DNA from: Tubiluchus corallicola
Lineage: Eukaryota; Animalia; Priapulida
DNA: 64,000 nucleotides
Assembly: GCA_030141605.1 (NCBI GenBank)
Contig: JAQGDQ010000556.1
Span: 62,001-126,000 of the forward strand
Reading direction: 5' to 3'
Shown: piece by piece, positions 1 to 12,671 of the stretch
How positions within the stretch are numbered: position 1 is the first letter of the stretch
How the letters are laid out: every line of letters starts with the position of its first letter
Notes under the pieces: generated by a model
Databases searched by the model: none
The model's input: the letters and a program-made list of their open reading frames with translations, nothing else
Told to the model about the DNA's origin: nothing
Translations under genes and position numbers: made by a program

Positions 1-238
1 AGTGCTATCGAAGAGAGATGTGGGTACAATAAATTACAAAATACTTACAATTTCAGCAGTGAAATGTACAGACAATAAAGATGCACATTACAGACAACAT
101 ATATAAGCAGCAAAATGAAAAAGAAACAGTGCTATACTAGTTATAATACCGAAATATAATTGTTGTGTTAGTTATTTGTTACTTAATTGGTAAAAACTGT
201 ATGGCAATATATTGTATAAATATATTCTTTGTTTTGTG

Positions 239-619
239 CAGTGGTTCTTAACCTTGTTGGAGGTACCGAATCCCACCAGTTTCATATGCGCATTCACCGA
301 ACCCCTCTTTAGTGAAAAATAAAATATGATTTTTTTTTCAAATTCAAGACATAGATATGTTTTTTACTGGTACACAAAATGAGCCGTGCACGAACATCAC
401 CTTGTTCAAAGAACAAAACCAACACAATGCATAAACTCACAACAAATTACATACCTGCAAATCAGTGTGACTTCTGCTGCTGCCTTTGAGAGACCAGTTC
501 AGATATGCGTGGCTTCACCTTGGCAAGTGCCACTCTCCTGCGGCGGAGGCTGTGCCGAACCCCTGAGATCGACTCACCGAACCCCTAGGGTTGGATCGCA
601 CCCAGGTTAAGAACCACTG
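239..619 (-). mobile_element. Non-autonomous hAT (Charlie/Buster-type) DNA transposon retaining the transposase C-terminus
   Basis: TIRs are CAGTGGTTCTTAACC / GGTTAAGAACCACTG. The 8-bp TSD is gttttgtg (231-238) / gtttagtg (620-627). Minus strand ~462-536 reads RVALAKVKPRISELVSQRQQQKSH*, resembling Buster-type transposase C-termini. Confidence 0.88.
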
Positions 620-783
620 GTTTAGTGAGTGCATTAATAGTCTATGTTGTTTGTAGTTTAATAGTTCATGTCGGTGTCAGTTCTAGTGGGTTCTTTGTTG
701 GGTTTGCACTCTTTCAGTCATTATCGTATATGTTTGTCATTGGTTGGGTAGTTACTCAAGGATTAGGCTGAAAAGGCTTACAT

Positions 784-1228
784 CAGGGGTGTGCAAATTA
801 TGACTAGCCGGGCCACATTAAACTTTCTGGCAATTCCTGCGGGCCACGAGCAGTTTGATCAAGGAGCCAAGTACAGAAAGGCCTAATAACGATTTTTTGC
901 ATCCGGATCTGCGCACATCATTACTACCACACTCAAAGAACTAGTTTAGAAGTTATTAAAATTTATATTACAAATCATGTATTTCTACTTTCAGGACAGA
1001 TAGTGGTAATTTCAATACAATGCATATTAGTAGTGCGTATCACACAGTCTGTGTAGTACACTGACATTAAGCTACAACCGTCTTGTAAGGGTTAATGCCA
1101 TCTGATCTAGTGGAAAAAACTACCCGCACTATCTTTGCAATCGTGGCGCAGACTTCAGCTGGATCGTGTGGGCCGCACTTTCATTAGGTTGACAAATCTC
1201 TTCGCGGGCCGCACTTTGCACACCCCTG
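784..1228. mobile_element. hAT-type MITE
   Basis: TIRs are CAGGGGTGTGCAAA / TTTGCACACCCCTG, with a perfect 8-bp TSD gcttacat (776-783, 1229-1236). A degenerate left-end relative lies at ~31542-31605. Confidence 0.9.
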
Positions 1229-1450
1229 GCTTACATTTTAAATTCTGCAGCCATTGCGTGCAAATTTGGACGTGATTTGTTTCCGAATCATTTGAATTTC
1301 GGTTCCATCATTCTTGTTTAAATGTACAACTTAAGCTTTGTTGTCTTACCTATGAGGTCTGCGATTTAAGTAACAGCTAGAGTTATGCTGGCCAAGTTAA
1401 ATATCTGCTGGTTTAGACTGTTGTTGTAGCGGGGCTCTAACTTCTACACT

Positions 1451-1576
1451 GTAGCGTATCAGTTGCCAAGGTGACGTAGCGTGTCAGTTGCCAAGGTGAC
1501 GTAGCGTGTCAGTTGCCAAGGTGACGTAGCGTATCAGTTGCCAAGGTGACGTAGCGTATCAGTTGCCAAGGTTGAC
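1451..1576. repeat. 25-bp tandem repeat, ~5 copies
   Basis: Unit gtagcgt(a/g)tcagttgccaaggtgac repeated directly. Confidence 0.92.
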
Positions 1577-2054
1577 GACAGCAGTAGTTGACGGCCAAGA
1601 GATTAACTGTATTGCATAACATTCTTTGACTTGGCAAGGCAGCCAATATTTAGCTAGTACTTTTCGGTAACAAAGTAACTCTATAAACCGGTCTGTTTTG
1701 CCATGATGTTGCGTTAGTCAATCATTAGGCTGCAGCTAAAACCATTCATATTCCCAAGGACTAGAGAAAACAAATAATAAGATCGGTGATAGGTATGCCG
1801 AGAGCTCTTTGTTAGAGTAAGGCTGTGCGGTATTGCTCAATGGTAGTGTGCTCCCTTTCCGCCCCGGGAAGTCGGTAGTTTCAACTCCCAACCCGGTCTT
1901 ACTGCTAAAGAAAAAAGTAGTACCGCTGGTTCTTGGACCTAGCACATGTGCTTATCAAAGTAACATACATTAATAATAATTGGGATCACCTTAGAAATAA
2001 GTTTTAAGTTACTTAAGGTGTTATCCCTAGGTGGTGCTATATATTAAATGAAAT

Positions 2055-2531
<477 letters not shown>

Positions 2532-2656
2532 AAGCTGATTTAATCATAAGCAACCATTCAGTTATTCTGTTTTCTAATTTGTTTTGTCTATTTAGGTGAA
2601 TTCCGTTTTCATTTCCGTTGTTTATAATACAGAGTTAGAAAGTCAGATTGATTTGA

Positions 2657-2854
<198 letters not shown>

Positions 2855-2943
2855 TAAAAAAACAATTATTAATGAATCTGCTTTAATGTTTGATGTAATT
2901 AATGGTAAATTACATATTGCTGCTTTGTGGTCTGACCATTATA

Positions 2944-3498
2944 CAGTCAACCTCGGATATAAGGGACACCTCCGGACAGGAAAAATCGTCCCTTATATCC
3001 GATGTACCTTATAGGCGAAGTTGAGTCAGACCGAGGGTGTATCTAGACCTGTATTTTTCTGTACTTTTCCCCATATTTTTATGGGTTATTGCTACACATT
3101 CAGTGCAAACGGTATGCAGGAAGCTCCTTCAGTATGTGACCGCGGAAACCCAGCTGTTCGAAGGCTCAGTTTGCTAAAAATTGAGGACAAAAATCGATCA
3201 ATTTCACTTTGATCATAGGGTCCCTTATGTGCGAGGTAATTTACCTGGGTATGTATTACACGGGACCTGAAGATATCGTCCCTTATAACCCAAAGTCCCT
3301 CAGATCCGAGTACCTTATATACGAAGATTTTTACATAGGAAAAACGTTATGAAAAATCGGGGCCGGTGTTGATGGTCCCTTATAAGCGAGAACCTTATAT
3401 ACGATACGAAGATTTTTACATAGGAAAAACGTTGCAAAAAATCGTGACTGGTGTTGGTGGTCCCTTGTAAGCAAGTAGCTTATACCCGAGGTTGACTG
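2944..3498. mobile_element. Tc1/mariner (pogo/Tigger-like) MITE in CtBP intron
   Basis: TIRs are CAGTCAACCTCGG(A)TATAAG / CTTATA(C)CCGAGGTTGACTG, flanked by TA on both sides, with internal subterminal repeats ccttata..cga. Confidence 0.88.
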
Positions 3499-3575
3499 TA
3501 ATGATGTTTAACGTTTAGTTTACACACATTATTTTCTAGCAAACATTGTATACAACGAGAAATTATATTTTGCAG

Positions 3576-3967
3576 GCACCTTGAAGGACTGTCCTAATCT
3601 TATTTGTACGCCTCACGCATCATGGTACAGTGACGCCAGTGTCACCGAGCTCCGAGAGATGGCAGCAGGAGAGGTGCGCCGCGCTTTGGTCGGTCGCATA
3701 CCCGACAGTTTGCGCAACTGTGTGAACAAGGAATATCTGCGTAGCAACGTATTTCGCGACGGCTTGAACGGGCAGCCGCCGTTCAACTTCGCTCCGGTCG
3801 GCATACCACATTCCACGACGCCAATAGAGCCGCACATACCGGTCGGACCCATTCCCGTGGCGCATCCGGGAGCTGTCCCGATCCAGCCTCCGCACTCGAC
3901 GTTACCGGATGCGCCGACGAGTATGGCCGCATCAAAACCGGAGAGCGGGGCCGGAGATACGCATTAA
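3576..3967 (+). CDS. CtBP: C-terminal binding protein, last coding exon
   Basis: The tttgcag acceptor is in phase with the previous exon. [17 protein letters not shown]...[30 protein letters not shown] is CtBP-typical (catalytic His), followed by a Pro-rich tail and TAA. Confidence 0.96.
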
Positions 3968-4598
3968 ACACGTGAACGAGTATCATCGGTGGTGCGAGCG
4001 AAAATTTAGACTGAGGTTTCGCACGGTACATACACACACTCCGTGTGCTACATACACACCCCGTGTGCTAGACTATACAACCCCATTGCGTTTGAACTTA
4101 ATACTTTTGTCAACGTATGTCTATAATCAGCGTTACATCATTCAACGGTAATCATTGCTACTACGTCACTCTGCAGTAATCGGTGTTTCCTCGTTCTGCA
4201 GTAATTACTTCAGATCTGTAAAATGTCACCATAGTTGCTTTTATTAAGTCTGTAGAATACTATTGCGTATTGATTGTGTAAAATTTAACATAACGGCGTG
4301 TAATATTGCTAATTTTGATTGTGTGTATTATTCTATTCATCTTTTATCCCTTTTAGAGCACTTGTAATTATACTGCTATTAGCACTTTTGTTGTAGTATG
4401 AATAGTCCTGAGTGTTGCTTCATTTCAAAAGGAACTTATTACTAAATAATGTTAGTAGATCAAGGTTTCCCGTATTTCCTTTTTGAATGTCACAATTGGT
4501 AATTATTTGTGCGTTTTTCTCTATTCTGGGAGATGCTAGTAACAAAAGCGAGGAGCCCAAGTTTCGTTACAAGTTATCTTTCGAGCTCAAAGGTGCGA

Positions 4599-6190
4599 CT
4601 CCACGCGTGCGTGATCCGTAATGCGTTTATGGTTTGTATTTAAAGGACAAGAAAAGGGGCACCTAAAGTAGGTTTCAGAAAAATCGCCTTAAAAAATTAT
4701 GTTACTTTATAGCAATTTTTTGCGTATATCATACTTGCACTGAAAGGAATTTTAGTTTGTTTTCATATTAAATTCCCCGCAATACTGTTCCGAAGTCTCC
4801 ATTACATGACGTCATGTACCAAACGTAAATCAAGGGAAGAAACGGCAATGTTAAATTTTGTCTCTAAAGACTTTCCGGGCAAATCGATATTACTTAGATT
4901 TTCGCTTACCTACTAGAAAGACTTATGTAACTAGAAAAGAAAATTATTAATTATTTAAAATGTTTTCATCAATTGGTAAAATGTCGCTGACTCACCCTCC
5001 AGGGTGCATCACTCACTAACTTAAAAACATATTTTTAATCTTATTGACAAGATACAGTAATTTTAAATTTTATTTAGTTAGTGACTTGTGTGCTACGAAT
5101 GCTCTGATTGTTTTTTCAAACTTTACAAAATGTTATCTGAACTTATTTCAAATGACCTGTGAAAATGCTGTATCCAACTGTCATCGCGGGAGTTTAAATT
5201 TACATGTATTTTTTACACCGCGTGACTGCCGGAATTTTTCATGCTTTATGTTTATGAAGGGTTTTCTTTTGCTTTAAATATGCTGTAGTGTTTCCATGCA
5301 TACGTGATCCACAATCCATAATGTGTGATGCGCGATCCGTATTCATTCGAATCTGCTCGTTATCTTCCGATTACGAATCACGCGGCAATGCGTAGACGGG
5401 AACCTGGCGAAGCTTTTCGCGGATTGGAAATTCTGGTTAGGTAAATTTTGGTCACTTCAGGGGCGTACATACAATAATATTTCTTTTATATTAATTTTTA
5501 AGCGCTGGAAGAAATGGGTGATTCTGTGCCATGAATCTAGTTGCAGATCTTCTTATTCTTCCCGGCTTTTTCCTATGCGGGGTCGCCGTTGTGAATGAAT
5601 CTTCTCCACGCATTCCCATTGTTGACCATCTCTTCATTTATGTCTTCCCTTCTCACCTGATCTTCACCGACTCTTCTTTTCAGGTGTCCATACCATCACA
5701 ATCTTGCGAGACTTCCACTACTTTTATTGTTCCTCTGATATTATTATTTCTAATTTTATCTCTTCTTGTTATTCCCACCATCCATCTCAATATCCTCATC
5801 TCCACCACACCCATTTTCTTCTCTTCGGTCTTCTTTAGAGAAGCTGCTTCCAGCCCATAGATTAGAGCAGGTCTGACCACTTCTTTGCGGACTTTATCTT
5901 TAAGTCTCACCGACTCATTTATAGAAGGTTTTGGCGCAGTTTTTACAGGCGGATGCCCTTCCTGACCCTAACCCTCCCTATTTACCCGGGCTTGGGACCG
6001 GCACTGAGTTGGGCTGGTTTGCCCCCCCCCCCAGTGGCCAGGTTATGAATCTAGTTGCAGATATTTCACTAAAATTGAGTGATGAACACGGCAGAAAGAG
6101 CACCATGGGTTTTATTAATACGCATAGCATTTACGGTCGCATGGAAACTGTCGATCCATATTACGGATCACGCGTTACGCGCGCGTGGAA
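4599..6190. mobile_element. Putative old DNA transposon with imperfect TIRs, host of the RTE-derived insertion
   Basis: TCCACGCG..CGTGATCCGTAAT at ~4600-4622 versus ATTACGGATCACGCG..CGCGTGGA at ~6160-6189. Related motifs occur internally at ~5300-5385. Confidence 0.4.
5549..6044 (-). mobile_element. Bipartite non-autonomous RTE-derived retroelement (copy 1)
   Basis: The 18-bp TSD is atgaatctagttgcagat (5531-5548, 6045-6062). It has an RTE-like 5' part (CGGTCCCAAGCCCGG..AGGAAGGGCATCCG), an RTE ORF C-terminal remnant VVRPALIYG..EMRILRWMVGITRRDKIRN and a GAA-repeat tail. A near-identical copy is at 43151-43650. Confidence 0.9.
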
Positions 6191-8085
6191 TTCTAGTTTA
6201 ACAATGTGGCAGTTATCACTGATACGTTTTTTTTAATTTCGTGATTGTGTGGCGAGAGTTGACCATATGAGCATCGTGTGTTAGAGTGATTAAGAGGCGT
6301 CGCTTGCGCTTTTATTACGAGAAGTGATAATTAGATTTGGTAAGAGAACCTAAATGGACTTTGGACAGTCGTTTCAAACTGCTTTTATTTAAACTTGCAC
6401 TTTTGCTCGCGTGTTTTTGAGTTGTACGCTCGTACATTAGACTATGTAACTTGCTTTTGCGATCGCGTTTCGCATCTGTCTTCTCAGCTGCGAGAGTGAA
6501 CGGCATTGAAGAAAGCTATTTGAAGCAAATTGGTGTGAGAAGAAGCGGCAATTTCACTTTAGCATATCCTCGTAATGAACGGGCAAAATCGTTAATCAAA
6601 AATCTCGAATAACAGAACCGTTATGTTACATAATCATTAATGATGTTAATTCTAATAATGTGTAGCTTCTGTGAGCTGCGCAATGATGGCTTAGGGTCAG
6701 TTTAGATTTTTTCTTTCTTCCTAAAAAGTCACAAAAGTCTTCTTCCGTTACAAAAAGCACATCGTATTACAAATTAATGTGGCTGATGTAATATTACTTT
6801 GTTATAATTAGAATATTTTTGATGTTTTTTAAACCTCGACATGTTACAATCTGGTACCTTGTCGCTGTTTTGCGAGATCGAAATTGAAAGCTCAGCATAT
6901 CTATGGTCTTTTGCTTACACATTCCCCATAAAAAAATTGATAAAATCAAACTTTTCTTTGAAAGCCCGTGTAGTGTGTTAAATTGCCATCGAAATTTTGT
7001 ACCAGACAGACGAGAAAATTTAACTCCACGGTCTCAATGACTCGGTTTCAAGTTGTTCTCAAGACGTATGAGATGCATTGTACGTTGCATTATTAAGTCT
7101 CGTTGTCTGCTGGTCTGTCATATTCGTGATCTGTCATTTCCTATCATGGATGTGGTATATTTTACGTAGGGCAGACAATGAGACAACTTTGTTCTTATAT
7201 TCAGTGCGCAGCGCCACCGTGGTTGGCACTCAGAAAATTTTTGAATCGCTAGAATGCCGGAGAAGCATTTTTGAAGAGAAAATATGGAGTTATGCAGTTG
7301 TTAAAGGAAAGAACAATTGATTGTTCGCATAAAGCAAAAAAATGTTACCTCGGCGCTAGGCCTCCCTGGAGGGTGAGGCCCCAGGGAAGTATCCCCATTC
7401 CCCCTCCCCTGAAATAGGCCCTGCTCATATTTACAAACAGTATCAGTTTGAGTTCAAATATTCTCATTGCCTCAATTATTTTATTGCTGTGTTGGTAAAG
7501 ATTTTAGCTGTTTTGCACTAGTTATTGCCCTGAATGCAGCTGTGTTCATATTTTGTACAGTGTAAGTTTGCACGATTTCTCTACTACAGTTGGACACAGT
7601 CTAAATCTTTCACTGCCACTGAATGTAACCTTTCAGTTCACTAGTAACTAGGCTGTAGTATGTAAATTGTACAACATTTTGCAATACGTGAATTGTCGTA
7701 ACCTCATAACGGATATTCATACATAATTATGGTATTAATGCCCTGTATGACATCACTTTCAACATATTTAAAAATTATTGTATACCAGTCACTGCATACA
7801 CATGATATGTGTAATTAGTTTTGTAATATTTAAAATACATAATCTCTGTCACATCGAATTTTCTGTTTGATGAATTTCTTTTTTACATACATTCTGGACC
7901 TATAACAAGGTTCGATTCGATTATGCATTATTTACCTGTTAGTTCCTGCTATTTAGTTTCTTATTACACAACAATATGTAAAACTCAGAAGATAATGAAC
8001 TAATACATTTATAGTTGAAAACAACAAACTTTATTAAAAATTTTAACTTAAAATTAACTACATATATTTCATTAATGTATGGTGT

Positions 8086-8685
8086 AAAAAAGTCACAATT
8101 TTGACACAGGAAAAAGTCACAATTTTGGCACAGGCAAAAAATCACAATTTTGACACAAGAAAAGTCACAATTTTGGCACAGGAAAAAAGTCACAATTTTG
8201 GCACAGGAAAAAACTCACAATTTTGACACAGGAACAGTCGCAATTTTGGCACACAAGAGTCACAATTTTGGCACAGGAAAAAAAACTCACAATTTTGACA
8301 CAGGAAAAGTCACAATTTTGGCACAGGAAAAGAGTCACAATTTTGGCACAGGAAAAATCAATTTTCGCACAGGAAAAGTCACAATTTTGGCACAGGAAAA
8401 AACTCACAATTTTGACACAGGAACAGTCACAATTTTGGCACACAAGAGTCACAATTTGGCACAGGAAAAAAAACTCACAATTTTGACACAAGAAAAGTCA
8501 CAATTTTGTCACAGGAAAAGAGTCACAATTTTGGCACAGGAAAAAAGTCAATTTTGTCACAGGAAAAGTCACAATTTTGGCACAGGAAAAAACTCACAAT
8601 TTTGACACAGGAACAGTCACAATTTTGGCACACAAGAGTCACAATTTTGGCACAGGCAGGGAAAAAGTCACAATTATGACACAGG
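8086..8685. repeat. ~21-24-bp minisatellite (aaagtcacaattttggcacagg)
   Basis: About 27 directly repeated units. It explains the ORFs at 7939-8711. Confidence 0.95.
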
Positions 8686-8930
8686 AGGAGTTGTAAAAAG
8701 GGCGGCTCCATAACAAATCATTAGTAGTTCGTTTTGTAAAGGACACCCGCCTTATGCAAACGGGGCTTCATGTTCAAGTAGAAACGGGCCAAAGAACGAA
8801 TTTTTAACTCCAAAGTATTAGGTGTTACCATCTCTTTCACAAGGCTCAAGAAACAGTATCATTATAAACTAAATAACCTACATAGAGTTTAAAATTAACT
8901 ACATATATTTCATTAATGTATGATGTATGT

Positions 8931-9468
8931 CGTCTAATGCCAAATCACGTTGAAAACACCGGTTCTCGCCTGATCGCCGAAGTTAAGCAAAGTAGAATCT
9001 AGTTAGTACTTGGATGGGTGACCGCCTAGGAATACCCGGTGCTGTAGGTTTGCGAGATGTCCACACTGTATCTCGACACTAGGCAGAGGAGCTGTACAAT
9101 GGGTAGAGGGCGGAGGAGGTCAAGTGACTCAACGACAATGTGTAGAGGAGTAAACCTTCCAAATCAGGAGTGGAGCCCCGAAGGCGGACCAGTGCAGCAT
9201 GCTCACTGACTCCGGCAGCTCCTGCAGCCGACCTGGTGCCAAACGTAACGCTCTACTTTCCTTTAGACTACACCAGCGAGGAAGAGAGGGGGTTCCTGTT
9301 GTCTGGGCAACTCAGGATCTCCATACATCTTGCCCAGGCGAGCGCCCTGGAGACGTTCAAGGATCGCACTGTTCAGCCACAGTCGGCGCTGCAGCTCCAT
9401 CAATGTGATCAATAACTGACTCTCTTGGCGCACACTCCATTGTCTTCTCAGACAGGATGCCAACCACA
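8931..9468 (+). mobile_element. 5S rRNA-derived SINE (SINE3-type)
   Basis: A full-length diverged 5S head (~8932-9050) is followed by a ~420-bp GC-richer body. The whole is bounded by an 11-bp TSD atgatgtatgt (8920-8930, 9469-9479). Confidence 0.8.
8932..9050 (+). pseudogene. 5S rRNA-like sequence (SINE head or pseudogene rather than a functional rRNA gene)
   Basis: GTCTA..CACGTTGAAAACACCGGTTCTCG..CGAAGTTAAGCAA..GTTAGTACTTGGATGGGTGACCGCCT.GGAATACC.GGTGCTGTAGG matches metazoan 5S with A and C boxes. It has several stem-breaking substitutions and only TTT after it. Confidence 0.88.
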
Positions 9469-10377
9469 ATGATGTATGTATTAATGTAAGTCAATTTTTA
9501 ATACTGGCACATAAAAACATCTATAGTTAAAAACAGCACAACTTTATTAAAAATTTTATATTAAAAAGTAAAAATCATGCCAAACGTTTCGACAAGCTGC
9601 TGCTAACAGAAACCAAATAGGTAATGAATAAACAGACTGTATTTAACGTGTGAAAAATACACATCACGTACGAATGCATGTTTAACTAGTCATTGATACC
9701 TTTGACCATCATGATCGCTGTTTTATTTTTGGATACGATGAATGTATTTGAGTAAAACTCATAATTTGCAGTTGGTCTGGTACATTCAGTAAATGGACAA
9801 GATTTTGAAGGTTTTAGTGGCATTGGTTTGTGCAGTGGTTGTGGTCGTATCTGTACTTTGGGTTTTAATACGTACGTATAATTTTTTAAAATGTGGTAGG
9901 CCCATGTGTAGCTACACGTAATGCTGTTAGAGCTAATAAATAAAATTAAATTAAATATCACAGTGAAAATTTCCACTTTATGCTAAAGAGGAAGCCACTT
10001 CATTAAAATGGATACACTTTCACTTTTAAAATTTTTTTTATCATCGAAGTAATCATTGCAATTTGCATGATTACAAAACTCTGCAAAAATGTAACTTTAG
10101 TTGCAAATTTTATAATGTCTTGTAATCGTACTAGCAATTCTAATTGTAGCAATACTAATCGGTTTCGTAATTGTTTTTATTATAATTCTTTATTTTTAAA
10201 AACCATGTACAGAATACATTCCCTCTATTTTTAGGGATATCTTTAAAATTTATAGAAGCATTTACAACGTATTAAACCTATTCACATAGATATATAATTT
10301 AGAATCCAACGCATGAGACACATTGAACGACAACGATCATATACAATAGACATAGCTACAGATTATAATCCAACACT

Positions 10378-10900
10378 ACATACATACATACATACATACA
10401 GATATGATACATAAGATAACGAACATATTTTAATACTTAGTAACAAAAATTTACACGCATTATATTATACACAATGAAAACAGCAAGTACAATTATAATA
10501 AACATAATTACCAATTCTAATCTAAATTCACACAATCATAAATAAAAACAAAACAGCATATAGAAAACACGACGAGAGTTGTAAAATTTCATCACCAACA
10601 GACTGTTTGTATACGGGCGAAAGACGATAGCAATTCATCCGAGATAAGATTTGCAAAAGCATTTATAGCATTATTATCCCGGCTAGAGAAAACATAGTCC
10701 GAATCTAACGTACGCAGAGTTCTAATAAAATCATTTCTTTTGGCTTGGTTTACTAATGTACATTGAAATAATAAATGGTGTATAGACTGAGGGCTTAACA
10801 AGCAGTTACAGGTGCTATTAAGAGCCTGCCCAATTTTGTTACAAAAATTCCTTTCCGGTTTCGTAAACATGCACAAATATTTAACTCATGTAAAATTCCG
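10378..10900 (-). mobile_element. Degenerate non-LTR retrotransposon 3' remnant
   Basis: Minus-strand peptide CNCLLSPQSIHHLLFQC resembles the C-terminal CCHC knuckle of LINE ORF2. An AT-rich 3' region and a (TATG)n run lie downstream. Confidence 0.4.
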
Positions 10901-11589
10901 TACTGTATACACCATACTTGCTTAAGAATAGTTTTTTCTCAGCCTAATCATCGTTCAAAGTCAAACACGCATGGCGCATGGTTGTAAAAATTTTTGCCTC
11001 GAACACGAGGCACGTGACACCAAGAAGGTTTTTGATTGGCCACGAGCACTTGGCGCGTGGAGAGTTTTTGTTCCAGTTTTAACAGACGAGAAGATGGAGT
11101 GTTTCTGTTTTCAGTCTTCGGTATATTTTTGCCAATTTTGCGATTATATGTGTATAATAAACAGTTGTTGCTTTTTAAACCATTTATTGAAAAGGAAGTT
11201 ATGTCAGTGTTCGTTATTTCACGTTTACGGATTGTTGAAATCGGGTCGTTTCCGACAACTCTAGTGGTTAGATTGTTGATAAAAATGTTCTTGTGGTTAT
11301 TATATTGAATCTATTACTCATTATATGCTCGAATGCCCTCTATAGCTGTAAGTGGAGAGCAACTCATACACAGGTTAACCGATTTGTACTGAAATAATAT
11401 TATTCGATTTGACATTTTTCTTTTGGATACTGAATCTCTAATTAGTATACTCTTAAATGGTAGTGCCCTTCTAAACCATAACCAAAATATAGGTATATTT
11501 TATATTGTTTAAACATATTAAAAATAGTGTTCGATTTGCTTATTAGTGTGGTGCATATTATGCCTTTGCCTATTATACGTAGGATTGTA

Positions 11590-11640
<51 letters not shown>

Positions 11641-11974
11641 TCACTGTATATTAATCTATTTCTATGTATTTGATCTGCAATAGTTACACCATCTGTATGC
11701 CATTTCTTCATCCTGAGGCCTCTTTATTAGTGGTTACCGTAGCCAAAGGTTTTATTTTTTGTCTCTTAGAAAACATTAAGAATATGGTTATTTAAAATAC
11801 TGGATCCAAGAGCAGTACTCCATCAGAGCTGTTTGAGCGTCCATTCCAGCCTCGGACCATGGCATTGTAGTGAAAACTATGAAACAGAACAGATTTGCAG
11901 ACAACTGTTAGCCCTTAACATGACTGCACTAAATTGCAAGCTGTAGTAATAATACGTTTTGGTTATTTTTGCAG

Positions 11975-12399
11975 CAAAATTCTATGACCAATGGTCAGTG
12001 AAATCGGTGCATCGAGTGGCTCAGCCGCAAAACTTCCACGCTGCCTCTGGGAAGAATCAAAACTTACAGAGTTACAAAAAATCTCAGCGAAAGTCAGAAA
12101 GGAAACAAAAGTTAACAGAACTGGCTGAACAGTCCTCAATAAGAACAGTTCACGATGGAACTGCCGGCTCTTGTGCGTTCGACAACCCAGTGGACAATGT
12201 CCTTCCAGCCGTCCGGTCTTATATCGTCCCCTTCAACGACACTGTTGTCAGCATCAACAGGCCTGTCTTTGTGACGGCGTTTGACAAGAGTCATTATAGG
12301 GAAGGCAGCGGGGTCATCAGGGATTTGCGGGAAGCTCCGGGACAGAATTTCACAATCGTTTTTTACGACCTTGGTCTGCTAGAGGAACAAGCTGCGCTG
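11975..12399 (+). CDS. DUF1647-like putative glycosyltransferase-related protein, internal exon (upstream exon not identified)
   Basis: Acceptor ttttgcag, donor ctg|gtgagt. It encodes PVFVTAFDKSHYRE..IVFYDLGL, typical of the DUF1647 family N-terminal part. Confidence 0.8.
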
Positions 12400-12671
12400 G
12401 TGAGTTGTGAGTTTGCATCAATCGCTGGTCATATATCCCGTTTGTCCAATGAAACTTTCTTGCTTTCCTCGACAAACTTAGTCAAGATTCTGTAATATAT
12501 TTATCTTTATATCGGAGATGTAGCACATAATAACAATACACTACAATCAAATTACAATACACACATTACATGCTAGAATTTTGAATTTTTACAATTTTGA
12601 GATTTCATAGCAAGTATCTACGTACCATTTAGTATCCCAAAAATTTATAAATTTGTTTTCTGCATTTATAT

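Noticed and set aside
7078-7165. Hydrophobic peptide as the missing signal anchor of the DUF1647 gene
   Set aside because: There is no in-frame ATG (a TGA lies just upstream) and no convincing phase-1 donor.
8932-9050. Functional 5S rRNA gene
   Set aside because: It has stem-disrupting substitutions and no 4-T terminator, is not in a tandem array, and is embedded in a TSD-flanked element.
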